Made by a program: the position numbers and the translations under genes. This document shows, piece by piece, positions 18,093 through 28,061 of a stretch of 64,000 nt of DNA (its first letter is position 1; every line of letters begins with the position of its first letter). The notes beneath the pieces are model-generated. The model made no database searches. It saw only the letters and a program-made list of their open reading frames with translations, and was not told where the DNA came from. This DNA comes from an uncultured delta proteobacterium (GTDB lineage: Bacteria; Myxococcota_A; Polyangia; Polyangiales; Polyangiaceae). The stretch is taken from assembly GCA_963782055.1 (NCBI GenBank), contig CAWAIF010000003.1, forward strand, positions 1,312,001-1,376,000, in the 5' to 3' direction.

Positions 18093-19084
18093 CAGAAGCT
18101 CCACGCGGCGGAGACGCCCCCCAGCCCCACCGAGACGGCGGCGCGCGGCGAGGCGGACGCCGGCGCGGTCAAGAGGAGGACGACGCCGGCGGCCGTCGCC
18201 ACGCCGCCGGTGATGGCGAGCACGGTGACCAGGGCGCTCGCGACGTTGCCGCGATCGACCACGCCGCGCAACGAGTCCGGGCACGAGGCGGTGGCGTAGC
18301 CCGGGCAGGCGTCCTGAAGCTGACCGAGCGCGTCCTGGCGGACGCCGAGGCTCACCCCCATGCCGACCAGTGAGGCCGCGCCGAGGCCCACCGCCGTCCA
18401 CCCGAGGGCCCTGCGCGCTCCGCCGCCCCTGTGGGGCGCCGGCGTGACGTCCGGCTGGCGGACGTGAAGCGGTGCGCGCGCCGCGGGGAGCACCAGGCGC
18501 ACGTGCTTGTCGTCGCCGGCGGCGAGCGTGACCGTCGCCTCCGCGCGGAGGTCCGGCGGGAGCTCCGCCCGCGCCACGTACGAGCCCGGATCGCGCTCCA
18601 GCGCGGTGCCGTAGAGGACGGGAGCGACCTCCTCGCCGGCGAGGGTGACCTTGACCGCGGCGTCGTGGATCGGGTGGCCCGCGGTGTCGACGACGTCCAG
18701 CGTCACGCGCGCCACCCTGGGCGCGAGCGCGTCGGCGTCGCCGCGCGCCTCTGCTTCCCACCCGGCGTACCTGGCCTCGTGCGAGAGCATCGCCGCGCGC
18801 GACAGGTCCAGCCATGCGCGTCGCGCCGACGCCCAGTGACCGAGCGCCTGCTCGCACTCGGCGATGTTGCGCAGGCTGCCCAGGCCTTGCGGGTAGAGGG
18901 CGTACGCCTTGCGAAAGAGCGCGACGGCCTGATCGCACCGGCCGCTCGACCGCAGCTCGTGGCCGCGCTCGAAGAGGTCCTTCGCGTCGGACGCCGGGTC
19001 GGCGCGGGCAGGGGTCGCCGCGCTCACCAGGCCCGCCACCGCCGCGACCATCAGGGCAACTCGCACGCGGCGCATGCCATCCAT
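18092..19084 (-). CDS. Exported TPR + PEGA-like protein with C-terminal hydrophobic segments
   Basis: Signal ARA-D; TPR-like AKDLFERG...LRNIAECEQALGHWASA; RDPGSY; ends GVSAAWSF. Confidence 0.8.
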   Translation of the reverse strand: MDGMRRVRVALMVAAVAGLVSAATPARADPASDAKDLFERGHELRSSGRCDQAVALFRKAYALYPQGLGSLRNIAECEQALGHWASARRAWLDLSRAAMLSHEARYAGWEAEARGDADALAPRVARVTLDVVDTAGHPIHDAAVKVTLAGEEVAPVLYGTALERDPGSYVARAELPPDLRAEATVTLAAGDDKHVRLVLPAARAPLHVRQPDVTPAPHRGGGARRALGWTAVGLGAASLVGMGVSLGVRQDALGQLQDACPGYATASCPDSLRGVVDRGNVASALVTVLAITGGVATAAGVVLLLTAPASASPRAAVSVGLGGVSAAWSF

Positions 19085-19115
19085 TCTAGTTAGACGGGTA
19101 CGTATAGTCGAGGCG

Positions 19116-20546
19116 TCAGAAGACGTTGCTCTTGTCGATCGTGTCTCCGGGCGCGGGGACGGCGCTGGAGGCGGCGGTGGGGGCGGCGGCGGCGTGGGGC
19201 GCGCTCGCGCCGGGTGGCGGGGCGGGGCGGTTGCGAGGCGGCGGGGCCGTCGTCCCCCTTGCGGGCGGCAGGTCCTGCGGTCGCAGCGAGGGGACGGCGG
19301 AGGCGGCGGGGTGCGGGGGCGGCGGCGCGGTCCGAGCCTGCGTCGGCGTGGTCGTCTCCGCCGCGGACGGAGCGGCCGCGGACGGAGCGGTCGCGGACGG
19401 AGGGGTTGTGGGTGGCGCGGCGGGCTGGTCTCCCATCGCGTGGACCCCGAAGGCTCCGACCGCGATCAGCACCAGCACCGCCGCGACCCCGAGGAGCACC
19501 CCGGTGCTCGGCGAGCGCAGCGGCACGCTCGGCGCCCCGGTGTCTTCGCGCGGCGCTGGCGCCGCCTGAGGCTCCGGCGCCTGCGTCACCGCCGGCTCGC
19601 CCGCGGTCGCTTGCCCCGGCCCGGTGACCGGCGGCGGCGCGACGGACACGCGGACCCGCGGCACCTCCGCCGGCGGCGCGATCGCCGCGAAGGCGCGCGC
19701 CAGCTCCTGGGCGCTGCCGAAGCGCTCGTCGATGGACCGCGCGAAGGCGCGCGCAAAGAAGGCGTCGAACGCGTCACCCAGCTCGGGGGCGTGCTCGCCG
19801 AGCGGTGCGGCCCTGTGGTTGACCACCCGCAGGATGGTGTCCTCCTGGGTCGGGCCGGCGAAGGGCGGCACGCCGGCGAGCATCTCGTAGGCCACCACCG
19901 CGAGCGACCACACGTCGGCGCGCGCGTCGAGCGGCTGCGCGAGCGCCTGCTCCGGGCTCATGTAGCTCGGGCTGCCGAGCACGAGTCCCTTGGCGGTGAG
20001 GCGGGAGGAGACCCGCGGCACCGAGCCGCGCACGTCACGGATCCCCGCGATGCCGAAATCCAGGATCTTGACGAGCAGGTGGCCCTCCTCGTCCTGCGCA
20101 AGAAAGACGTTACCCGGCTTGAGGTCACGGTGAAGCACGCCCTCCGCGTGAGCCACACCGAGCCCCCGCGCGATCTGCCCGACGACGGCGCTCGTCGTCG
20201 GGGGATCGAGGTGCCCCAGCGTGTCCAGGCATCCGTCGAGCGAGGAGCCCTGGAGCAGATCCATCACCAGGTAGACCATGCCGCGGTCCTCGCCGTGGTC
20301 GGTCACCTGCACGATATTGCGGCTCTTTCGCGAGAGCGACGCGGCCACCTGGGCCTCCAGCAGAAAGCGCCGGCGCGTGACGCGCGCGTCCTCGTGGCTG
20401 TCGCGCGGAGGCAAGAGCAGCTTGAGGGCCACGTCCTGCGCGAGCGATCGGTGCCGCGCGATCCACACCTGGCCCATCCCGCCTTCTCCGAGAAGGCGCC
20501 TGAGCTCGTACTTCCGGTCCACGATCTGGCCGACGTCGATCTCCAT
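19116..20546 (-). CDS. Membrane-anchored Hanks-type Ser/Thr protein kinase
   Basis: LGEGGMG, VALK, HRDLKPGN, DFG, GSPSYMSPEQ; TM; Pro/Ala-rich tail. Confidence 0.95.
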   Translation of the reverse strand: MEIDVGQIVDRKYELRRLLGEGGMGQVWIARHRSLAQDVALKLLLPPRDSHEDARVTRRRFLLEAQVAASLSRKSRNIVQVTDHGEDRGMVYLVMDLLQGSSLDGCLDTLGHLDPPTTSAVVGQIARGLGVAHAEGVLHRDLKPGNVFLAQDEEGHLLVKILDFGIAGIRDVRGSVPRVSSRLTAKGLVLGSPSYMSPEQALAQPLDARADVWSLAVVAYEMLAGVPPFAGPTQEDTILRVVNHRAAPLGEHAPELGDAFDAFFARAFARSIDERFGSAQELARAFAAIAPPAEVPRVRVSVAPPPVTGPGQATAGEPAVTQAPEPQAAPAPREDTGAPSVPLRSPSTGVLLGVAAVLVLIAVGAFGVHAMGDQPAAPPTTPPSATAPSAAAPSAAETTTPTQARTAPPPPHPAASAVPSLRPQDLPPARGTTAPPPRNRPAPPPGASAPHAAAAPTAASSAVPAPGDTIDKSNVF

Positions 20547-20599
20547 CAGACCCGTTCAAGAGTACTCGCCCCGTGGCCGGGTTCTGCTATTCTTGTCAC

Positions 20600-20914
20600 G
20601 TGGCCGAGCGTACGGGACGCAGACTCAAGACCGAGGCCGGCTGGAGTGGCGACGCCAACGACGCGCAGGCCTTCGCGGCGAGCGTCGGCGAGCGCATCCG
20701 CGTCGCGCGGCAGAAGCTGGGGTGGACGCAGGTCGAGCTGGCGGAGGCCGCTTCCCTCTCGAGCAACTACGTCGCCCGGCTGGAGCGTGGCGAGCTCGGG
20801 CCCTCCCTCATGGTGGCCTGTCGCATCGCCGAGGCGCTCGGGATCGGGGTGGATTCGCTGGTGAGCGCGGCGTCGTCGGCCTCGCGCAGCACGCGCCGCC
20901 GCGTCGCCACCTGA
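20600..20914 (+). CDS. XRE-family HTH transcriptional regulator
   Basis: ARQKLGWTQVELAEAASLSSNYVARLERGE. Confidence 0.88.
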   Translation: MAERTGRRLKTEAGWSGDANDAQAFAASVGERIRVARQKLGWTQVELAEAASLSSNYVARLERGELGPSLMVACRIAEALGIGVDSLVSAASSASRSTRRRVAT

Positions 20915-20965
20915 GAGGTCCGACGCCCGCGGGGGGCGCTGGGAGCGGGCGAACCGTGAGCGAGG

Positions 20966-21688
20966 CTACTGCTGCGCAGCGGTGCGCACGGCGCGCACGA
21001 CGATGTCGGCGACCATGTTGTCGTACAGAAGCGTGTTGTGCCCGCGCTGCGGCAGGACCACCCGCCTGCCCTCGGGGAAGGCGAGCGCCGCCTCCTGCGA
21101 GACGAGCGTGTCGCTCGCGCCGGCGACCGAGAGGTGCGGCACGCCGTGGACCTGGGCGCGCGCGCGTAGCCGCCGGAGCAGGGGGCTGCCAGGGCGCAGG
21201 TCGCGGCCCACGAGGATGGGGAAGCGGTTCGCCAGCGGGGTGCCGCCGAAGGGCGAGGCGAGGGAGATCGTCTGCGCGACGCGGGCGTGCCCGCCGAGCT
21301 CCTGCACGTACCATCGCGCGACGAGGCCGCCCAGGCTGTGCCCGACGACGTGCACGCGCGCGCGCGGAGGCAGCCGGTCCACCAGCGCGGCGAGCGCCCC
21401 GGCGATGGACTTCACGCCGGCGCCCGGCGCGTGCGTGAAGGACGCCACGTGGGCGCCGGCCTCCCGCTCGATGCGCGCGCGCAGCGGGCGGAAGACGCCG
21501 GCGCTCGCGAGGAAGCCGTGGACCAGCACCACGATGTCGTCCTCGTCGGAGGCGTCCGGCAGGACGGGGGCGATGTCCCGGGCCATGAGCGCGACCTCCC
21601 GCAGGGTCGCCACGGCCTCGTGGGCGCGGGCGCGCAGGGTGAGCATGGGGGCCACCGGGGGGGGCGGCGGCGACGGCATGGCCGACAT
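20966..21688 (-). CDS. Alpha/beta hydrolase (lipase/esterase)
   Basis: VLVHG, GHSLGG nucleophile elbow, SPFGGT, GH. Confidence 0.88.
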   Translation of the reverse strand: MSAMPSPPPPPVAPMLTLRARAHEAVATLREVALMARDIAPVLPDASDEDDIVVLVHGFLASAGVFRPLRARIEREAGAHVASFTHAPGAGVKSIAGALAALVDRLPPRARVHVVGHSLGGLVARWYVQELGGHARVAQTISLASPFGGTPLANRFPILVGRDLRPGSPLLRRLRARAQVHGVPHLSVAGASDTLVSQEAALAFPEGRRVVLPQRGHNTLLYDNMVADIVVRAVRTAAQQ

Positions 21689-21736
21689 CGGCTCCCATCA
21701 ATGCACATTCCGTGCATGACCGGCCAGCTTTTGGCT

Positions 21737-22195
21737 ATGACGGTGTCCGTGGAAAGCTCCAGCACCTACGCGCATCGCCTGACCGTCGGAGACGCCGACA
21801 TCGACGAGCTCGGCCATGCGAGCAACATCGCGTATATCCGCTGGCTTCAGGACTCTGCCGTGGCCCACTCGAGCGCCGTAGGGCTGGGCTGGGAGGCCTA
21901 TGCCCGGCTGGGCGGGGTGTTCGTCGTGCGCCGCCAGGAAGTGGATTATCTGCGTTCGGCGCTACGCGGTGACGCGGTGGAGGTGCGTACGCGCATCTCC
22001 AGCTTCATGGCCGCAAAATGCGAGCGCGTGTCGGAGATCGTGCGCAAGGCGGACGAGGAGGTGCTCCTCCGGGCGCTCACCACCTGGGGCTACGTGGACG
22101 CGTCGCTGGGGCGGCCGTCCCGCATCCCCGACGAGGTGCTCACCGCGTTCGGCTTCCCGCCGCGCCGCCGCCGCGCGCTCGCCGCCAACCCTTGA
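21737..22195 (+). CDS. Acyl-CoA thioesterase (hotdog fold)
   Basis: DIDELGHASNIAY...EVDY. Confidence 0.88.
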   Translation: MTVSVESSSTYAHRLTVGDADIDELGHASNIAYIRWLQDSAVAHSSAVGLGWEAYARLGGVFVVRRQEVDYLRSALRGDAVEVRTRISSFMAAKCERVSEIVRKADEEVLLRALTTWGYVDASLGRPSRIPDEVLTAFGFPPRRRRALAANP

Positions 22196-22199
22196 CCCA

Positions 22200-24224
22200 T
22201 CAGCGATGTGCGCTCGGCGCAGCGCCGAGCAGCCACACGTGGAAGTCGCGCAGCGCGCCGCGGCGCGCGGTGATGGTGACCGCGTCGCCCGCGCGGATCT
22301 CGCCCAGCCACGCCGACGCGTAGAGCCAGGCGCCGGGCGCCGCGCCGGCGTGCAGGTCCGCCGTCGCGCGGGGCGTCGTCACGCGCGCGTCCACCGGCGC
22401 GTCGCTGCGCAGCACGAGACGCGCCTGCGGCGCCGCCGCGCGCAGCACGAAGCGCTCGGCCTGCCCCTCCGGGATGATGCGGCCGCCGTCGAACATGGGC
22501 GCGCCCGCGCGCGTCGGGAGGACCATGAGCACCGTCCAGCCGCCCAGCGGCGCCGGCGAGGCGTAGGCGTGCTCCGCCTCGCTCGTCACGTCCGCCACGT
22601 CCAGCGCGTCCAGCACGCGGCCGGGCGGCGGATCGCGCGCGTCGAGCGCGGACCAGTCAGCCCGGTAGATGACCTTGGTGGGGCCGCCGCAGATGACGTT
22701 GGGGTGGATGGTGACGCGGTCCACCTCGCGGCCGAAGCTGGCGGTCAGCGCGCCGAACCAGTTGGGGTAGAGCGCCAGCCACGCCGGCCGCTCCCCCGGC
22801 GGCAGCCGCTGCAGGAGCTCGGCGGTGGAGCCCTGGCCGCTCACCGCCGCGCGGGTGAAGGGCAGGCGGTGGAAGCCGCCCAGTCCGAGCGCGTCCATCG
22901 CCCCGCGGCCGGCGACGTAGGGGATGGCGCCGGCGTCGTTGACGAGCACGCGATCGCCGGGCGCCATGACGCGCGCCAGGCGACGCCCCACCTCCACCTG
23001 CTGATCGTGGACGTTCAGGGAGGCGGCGCGGAAGAAGTCCACCTGCGGACGCGCGCGCCACGCCGCGCCGGCGGGCAGCGCGAAGGCGAGCAGCGCGGCC
23101 AGCGGCGCGGGCAGCACGCGCGCGAGCGCCGCCACACCGAGGGCCGCGGCGACGAACAGCAGCGCCACGGCTGGCACGTAGTAGCGGAAGTTCTGGTACC
23201 GGGCGGCGCCGTTGGCGGAGACGAGCAGCGCCCAGAGCACCGCCGACACGAGCACCGCCGCGGCGATCGCGCGGGTGCGGCGCGGCGCGAGGCCCGCGGC
23301 GCAGAGCAGGCCGAAGGGCAGGGCGAGGCGCGGCGAGGGGAGGACGCTCGCCTCCATCACCTTCCACTCGAAGTGGAGCAGGTTCATGCCCAGCTCGCGC
23401 GCGCGGTCCAGGTCGGAGAGGTACGGGTTGCTGGCGAGCAGCTTGAGGCGCGCGCCGGCGCTCTCCGGGTCGCCGGTGAGCGCCCAGTTGAGCGCGAGCA
23501 CCGCGAGCGTGGCGATGGCCCCCGGGAGGGCCGCGCGTAGCAGCGACCCGACCGCGCCGAGGGAGCCCGCCCCGCGTGCCACGATCACGGCAAAAGGTGC
23601 CACGATGACCGCCGCCTCCGGCCGCGTCCAGACCAGCGCCGCGCCCCACAGCCCGAGCGCGAGCTGGGCGCGGGCGCGGGCGGTCGGCGGCGCCCGCAGC
23701 GCCCGGTCCAGGGCGAGCGTCGCGCGCAGCAGCAGCGCGGTGAAGAAGGCGAGCTCCATCCCGGAGAACCAGCTCCAGTCCACGACGCCCGCCGAGACGA
23801 AGAGCGCGGCCCCCGCCCACGCGACGAAGGGGGGCTCCCGCGCGAGCAGCGCACGCAGGGAGCGCAGCGCGTCCCAGAGCGAGACGCACGCCACCAGCGC
23901 CGTCCACACGCCGAGGCTCAGGCCGTGGAACCCGAGCGCGTAGCCGAGCGCGACGACGACGGCGTAGAGCGGCGCCGTCTCCCCGGAGCAGTAGCCCTGC
24001 CCGGCCACCCACTCGAAGGGGTGACCGTGGACGAGCGCGCGGGCGAAGTCGAAGTGGATGAAGACGTCGTCCAGCGGGACCGGCCAGTCGCCGCGGGTGG
24101 CGCGCAGGGCCGGCACGTAGAACGCCGCGGCGGAGGCGAGGACGAGCGCCGCGGCGTAGGCGTCGAAGGCGACGTGGCGATTGTGCCCGCCGCGCGCCGT
24201 GCTTAGGTTGCTCCATCCCGACAT
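22200..24224 (-). CDS. Polytopic membrane protein, GT-C-like glycosyltransferase
   Basis: PLDDVFIH first loop; SGME, RPE, RY; DAGAIPY...DALGL periplasmic domain. Start uncertain. Confidence 0.7.
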   Translation of the reverse strand: MSGWSNLSTARGGHNRHVAFDAYAAALVLASAAAFYVPALRATRGDWPVPLDDVFIHFDFARALVHGHPFEWVAGQGYCSGETAPLYAVVVALGYALGFHGLSLGVWTALVACVSLWDALRSLRALLAREPPFVAWAGAALFVSAGVVDWSWFSGMELAFFTALLLRATLALDRALRAPPTARARAQLALGLWGAALVWTRPEAAVIVAPFAVIVARGAGSLGAVGSLLRAALPGAIATLAVLALNWALTGDPESAGARLKLLASNPYLSDLDRARELGMNLLHFEWKVMEASVLPSPRLALPFGLLCAAGLAPRRTRAIAAAVLVSAVLWALLVSANGAARYQNFRYYVPAVALLFVAAALGVAALARVLPAPLAALLAFALPAGAAWRARPQVDFFRAASLNVHDQQVEVGRRLARVMAPGDRVLVNDAGAIPYVAGRGAMDALGLGGFHRLPFTRAAVSGQGSTAELLQRLPPGERPAWLALYPNWFGALTASFGREVDRVTIHPNVICGGPTKVIYRADWSALDARDPPPGRVLDALDVADVTSEAEHAYASPAPLGGWTVLMVLPTRAGAPMFDGGRIIPEGQAERFVLRAAAPQARLVLRSDAPVDARVTTPRATADLHAGAAPGAWLYASAWLGEIRAGDAVTITARRGALRDFHVWLLGAAPSAHR

Positions 24225-24741
24225 GCCCACCACGCCCATCTCGCTACAGCGCCCCGAAGACGCCGCCGATCACGCCTACTGGGACGCCGTGGAAGAGGCA
24301 ACCGAGCTGTTGCACGAGGAGCACTTCCACGAGGCGCTGCACCTGCTGCGCGACGTCATCGAGGCGGACCGCGCCAACCCCTACGCTTACTACTTCCTGG
24401 GCGTCGGCCTGTACGAGGTCGGGGAGCTCGGGCCGGCGCGCGACGCTTACCGCGCGTGCCTGCGGCTCGCGCCCGCGCACCTGGGCGCGCGGGTGGCGCT
24501 GTGCCATGTCCTGCGGGAGCTGGGGGACACGCGGGAGGCGGTGAAGGAGGGCACGCAGGCGCTCAGCCAGGCCCCCGGGGACGCCGACGCCCTCTACGCC
24601 GTGGGCATGGCGTACCTCGCCCGGGGAGAGGGCGCGGCCGCCAAGAAATACCTGCAGGCGTTCCTCTCCGCGCGGCCCGAGTTCGAGTCGGCGGTGGAGG
24701 TGCAGGCCGTCCTGGCAAAGCTGGCGGAAGAGGGGGTCTGA
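24223..24741 (+). CDS. Tetratricopeptide repeat protein
   Basis: Repeated TPR helices (AYYFLGVGL, ALYAVGMAY). Confidence 0.85.
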   Translation: MPTTPISLQRPEDAADHAYWDAVEEATELLHEEHFHEALHLLRDVIEADRANPYAYYFLGVGLYEVGELGPARDAYRACLRLAPAHLGARVALCHVLRELGDTREAVKEGTQALSQAPGDADALYAVGMAYLARGEGAAAKKYLQAFLSARPEFESAVEVQAVLAKLAEEGV

Positions 24742-24750
24742 GTCGCCGGG

Positions 24751-25383
24751 CTACTGGGTGCCCTGGTCGCAGTTCTCGAAGCGGAACTCCGCCGTCGCCT
24801 GGCAGCTCTTGGTGCTCTGGTTCGCGTCGTTCTTGTTCGGCGCGTTGGGGCAGAAGACGCTCGCCCACACGCGGCCGGGGGCGATGCCGGCGTTGGTGAT
24901 GGGCGTGCCGTCCAGCGTCGCGTTGTCCACGTCGGTGTACATGGCGTAGCAGTCGTTCTCGTCCAGGGTGATGGTCTCGTCCTGGAAGATGGCGCGGATG
25001 TTCTCGCTGCGGGCCTTCGGGTTGTTCGGGTCCAGCGCGGCGAAGCTGCCGATGATGGTGATGGTGCCCTTGTTGGCGCCGCCGCTGACCGTGGCGCGGG
25101 CGGACACGTCGAAGTTCGCCCCGTTCGGCTTGACGGAGCACTCCACCACCACGCCCGCGGTCCCTGTGTCCACCACGCCGGTGCTGGGGTCGCCGATCGT
25201 GAGGAAGGGGCCCGCACGGTTGCACGCGCCGGGCGCGGAGGGGCTCGTCTGGACGGTGGAGCTCAGGGCGACGCCCTTCGCGGGCGGAGGGTCGCCGCTG
25301 CAGGCGACGAGCAAGACTCCACCGGCGGCGGCGGCGAGGACCACCAGCGACTTCAACGGCTTGACCATCGGCACGCGATTCAT
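24751..25383 (-). CDS. Hypothetical lipoprotein
   Basis: GGAGGAG RBS; lipobox LLVAC; Cys pairs; strong codon bias. Confidence 0.8.
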   Translation of the reverse strand: MNRVPMVKPLKSLVVLAAAAGGVLLVACSGDPPPAKGVALSSTVQTSPSAPGACNRAGPFLTIGDPSTGVVDTGTAGVVVECSVKPNGANFDVSARATVSGGANKGTITIIGSFAALDPNNPKARSENIRAIFQDETITLDENDCYAMYTDVDNATLDGTPITNAGIAPGRVWASVFCPNAPNKNDANQSTKSCQATAEFRFENCDQGTQ

Positions 25384-25456
25384 CGTCTCCTCCACTCGAA
25401 AAAGGGAAGCGTATCCGTGAGAATAGCGCGCCGGGCGCGCCAGGGCGAACAATGCG

Positions 25457-26617
25457 TCACCCGCGGAAAGCCGCCTCGAAGCCAGCCTCGAGGTCGGCGC
25501 GGAGGTCCGCCTCGTCCTCGATGCCCACCGAGAGGCGGATGAGGCCGTCCCCGATGCCCAGCGCGCGGCGCGCCTCCGCGGGGAGGCTGGCGTGAGTCAT
25601 GATCGCCGGGTGCTCGGCGAGGGACTCCACCCCGCCGAGGCTCTCGGCGCAGGCGAACACCTCCAGCGCGCGCAGGAAGGCGGTGGCCTGCGGGATGCCG
25701 CCGTCGATCTCGAAGCCGATCATCCCGCCGGGGCCCTTCATCTGCTTGCTCGCGAGGGCGTGGCCGGGATGCGAGGGCAGGCCCGGGTAGAGCACCTTCT
25801 TGACGCGGGAGTGGGTGGAGAGCCACGCGGCGATCTTGCTGGCGTTCTGCACGTGTCTCTCCATGCGCACCGAGAGCGTCTTCAGGCCGCGCAGCACGAG
25901 GTAGCAGTCGAACGGGCTCGGGACGCCGCCCACCGACTTCTGCAGGAAGTGGAGCTTCTCGGCGAGCGCCTCGTCGCTCGTCATGACGCACCCACCGACC
26001 ACGTCGGAGTGGCCGTTGAGGTACTTGGTCATGGAGTGCACGGCCATCGTCGCGCCGAGGTCGAGCGGGCGCTGGAGCATCGGCGTGGCGAAGGTGTTGT
26101 CCACGGCGAGGGGGATCTTGGCCTTGCGCGCCACCTCGGCGATGGCGGCGATGTCGAAGACCTTGAGCATCGGGTTGGAGGGGGTCTCCATCCACACCAG
26201 GCGCGTGTTCGGGCGGATGGCCTCGCGGACGCGCGCGGGGTCGGTCATGTCGAGGAACGTCGCCTCCACACCGAACTGCTTCATCACCTTGTCGAAGATG
26301 CGGAAGGTGCCGCCGTACACGTCGTCGCCCACCAGCACGTGATCGCCGGACTGCAGGGTGAGCAGGACGGCGGTGGTCGCCGCGCAGCCGCTCCCGAAGG
26401 CGATGGCGTGCCCGGCGCCCTCCAGCGCGGCGAGGCAGCCCTCCAGCGCGGCGCGCGTGGGGTTGCCGGCGCGGGAGTAGTCGAAGCCCGCCTTGGGGTT
26501 GCCCGGGCCGTCCTGCCAGAAGGTGCTGGAAAGGACGATGGGCGTCATGACGGCGCCGTGGACGGGGTCCGGCTCCTGACCGGCGTGGATGCAGAGGGTG
26601 CTGGGGGCGTGGGGCAT
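25457..26617 (-). CDS. metB: Cystathionine gamma-synthase/lyase (Cys/Met metabolism PLP enzyme)
   Basis: YSRAGNPTR, YGGT, ETPSNP, DNTFATP, SMTKYLNGHSD, SLGGVESL. Confidence 0.9.
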   Translation of the reverse strand: MPHAPSTLCIHAGQEPDPVHGAVMTPIVLSSTFWQDGPGNPKAGFDYSRAGNPTRAALEGCLAALEGAGHAIAFGSGCAATTAVLLTLQSGDHVLVGDDVYGGTFRIFDKVMKQFGVEATFLDMTDPARVREAIRPNTRLVWMETPSNPMLKVFDIAAIAEVARKAKIPLAVDNTFATPMLQRPLDLGATMAVHSMTKYLNGHSDVVGGCVMTSDEALAEKLHFLQKSVGGVPSPFDCYLVLRGLKTLSVRMERHVQNASKIAAWLSTHSRVKKVLYPGLPSHPGHALASKQMKGPGGMIGFEIDGGIPQATAFLRALEVFACAESLGGVESLAEHPAIMTHASLPAEARRALGIGDGLIRLSVGIEDEADLRADLEAGFEAAFRG

Positions 26618-26789
26618 GCCCCCGCCCTTATCACGAAGGGGCGGGAGCGAGACCGGCGAAGGTGCCGCCGGGGAAGAATGCGAGCGGGCGCAGCGCGGGA
26701 GATGGGCCCGGCGAGACGATGACCAACTGGAGGGTGAAATCTCCTTCCGTCCATTCGCCGCGCGTACGCGCCGCTCGGGGAGGGGTATC

Positions 26790-26804
26790 GCAACGGGCGT
26801 GCCG
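26790..26804 (-). promoter_or_regulatory. Sigma54-type -24/-12 element
   Basis: CGGCACGCCCGTTGC on the minus strand. Confidence 0.5.
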
Positions 26805-26896
26805 TCGATGCGTGCCAGTGAGATCGCGGGCTTGCGCGTCGCGCGCCCTGTCCTCCCTGTCCCCGCGGGGTGTCCCGGGACAGGGGGTTGGCGCGC

Positions 26897-28033
26897 TCAG
26901 CCGCGCTCCGCCGCGCGCGCCTTCGCCTTGGCGGCGCGCTTGGACACCTTGCGCAGCAGCTCGTCGAGGGTGGCGTAAAGGACCTGGTTGCCCTCCTGCT
27001 GGTGGCGCGCCACGCGCGCGGCGTAGCGGTCGCGCTCTCGCAAGAAGAGGCGCAGGAGCTCCGGCTCGATGCCTCCGGCGCCGAGGCCGTAGCCGAGCTC
27101 CTCCAGGTAGCGGGCGTTCATCACCTGCTCGAACTGGTTTCGCACCGGCACGGTGAAGATGGGCTTGCCGAGGTAGAGCGCCTCGCCGATGAGGGAGAGG
27201 CCGCCGTTGCTGACCACGGCCTGCGCGGTCGCCAGGTCGTGGACGAAGCCCTCCTCGCTGAAGTCCTTGATGACGCAGTTGCCCGCGCGGTCGAGCGCGG
27301 CGTGGGCGCTCTTCTGGTCGTGGCGCTTGAGGCCGTAGACGACGAAGCGGTGCTCGCGCAGGCCGTTGAGCGCCGGGATGAGGCCGGAGTCGCTGGCGGA
27401 GGTCTGGTAGACGAGCACGTGCCCGCCGACGCTCGCGTTCGCCCGCGCCTCCAGGATGGCCTTGCGCAGGATGGGCGGCACCAGCGTGGTGGTGTCGCGG
27501 TACTTCTTGCGGATGGGCGGGTAGAAGAAGGTGGTGATCACGTAGTGATCGCAGCCGGGGAGCTTGGCGCGCACGAAGGCCTTGGTCATCTGGTAGTCGA
27601 CCTTCACGCCCTGCTTGATCGCGTCGTCGTGCTTGCAGCGGCTGATGACCTGCTGGTTGTCGACCGAGACGATGGGGATGCCGTGCCGCTTGGCGAAGAA
27701 GTAGGCGAAGGAGTCGAAGTCGCTGAAGACGACGTCCGGCTCGAAGGCGACCACCTTCTCGTAGTAAGCGCTGACGTTGTCTGCGATGAGGCCGGGCGCC
27801 GCCACCAGGTTGCGCGCGAGCGTGGCGTCGCGGTCCATGCGGTTGTCGACGTAGCGGATGGTGAGGCCCTTGATCTCCACCACGTCGGCGAAGGCGCGCG
27901 ACAAGAAGGAGTGCGCCCGGCCGGAGACGACGATCTTCACCTCGTGCCCGCGCGCCACCAGGTGCTCGCACACGACCTTGCTGCGCGTCGCGTGCCCCAT
28001 CCCTTCGCCCACCACGCCATAGAGGATGCGCAT
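26897..28033 (-). CDS. GT-B glycosyltransferase (MJ1255/VC2487-like)
   Basis: MRILYGVVGEGMGHATRS; SDFD; NGGLSLIGEALYLGKP...QFEQ. Confidence 0.9.
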   Translation of the reverse strand: MRILYGVVGEGMGHATRSKVVCEHLVARGHEVKIVVSGRAHSFLSRAFADVVEIKGLTIRYVDNRMDRDATLARNLVAAPGLIADNVSAYYEKVVAFEPDVVFSDFDSFAYFFAKRHGIPIVSVDNQQVISRCKHDDAIKQGVKVDYQMTKAFVRAKLPGCDHYVITTFFYPPIRKKYRDTTTLVPPILRKAILEARANASVGGHVLVYQTSASDSGLIPALNGLREHRFVVYGLKRHDQKSAHAALDRAGNCVIKDFSEEGFVHDLATAQAVVSNGGLSLIGEALYLGKPIFTVPVRNQFEQVMNARYLEELGYGLGAGGIEPELLRLFLRERDRYAARVARHQQEGNQVLYATLDELLRKVSKRAAKAKARAAERG

Positions 28034-28061
28034 GCGGCGGAGGATACACCCGCGCGCGCGG

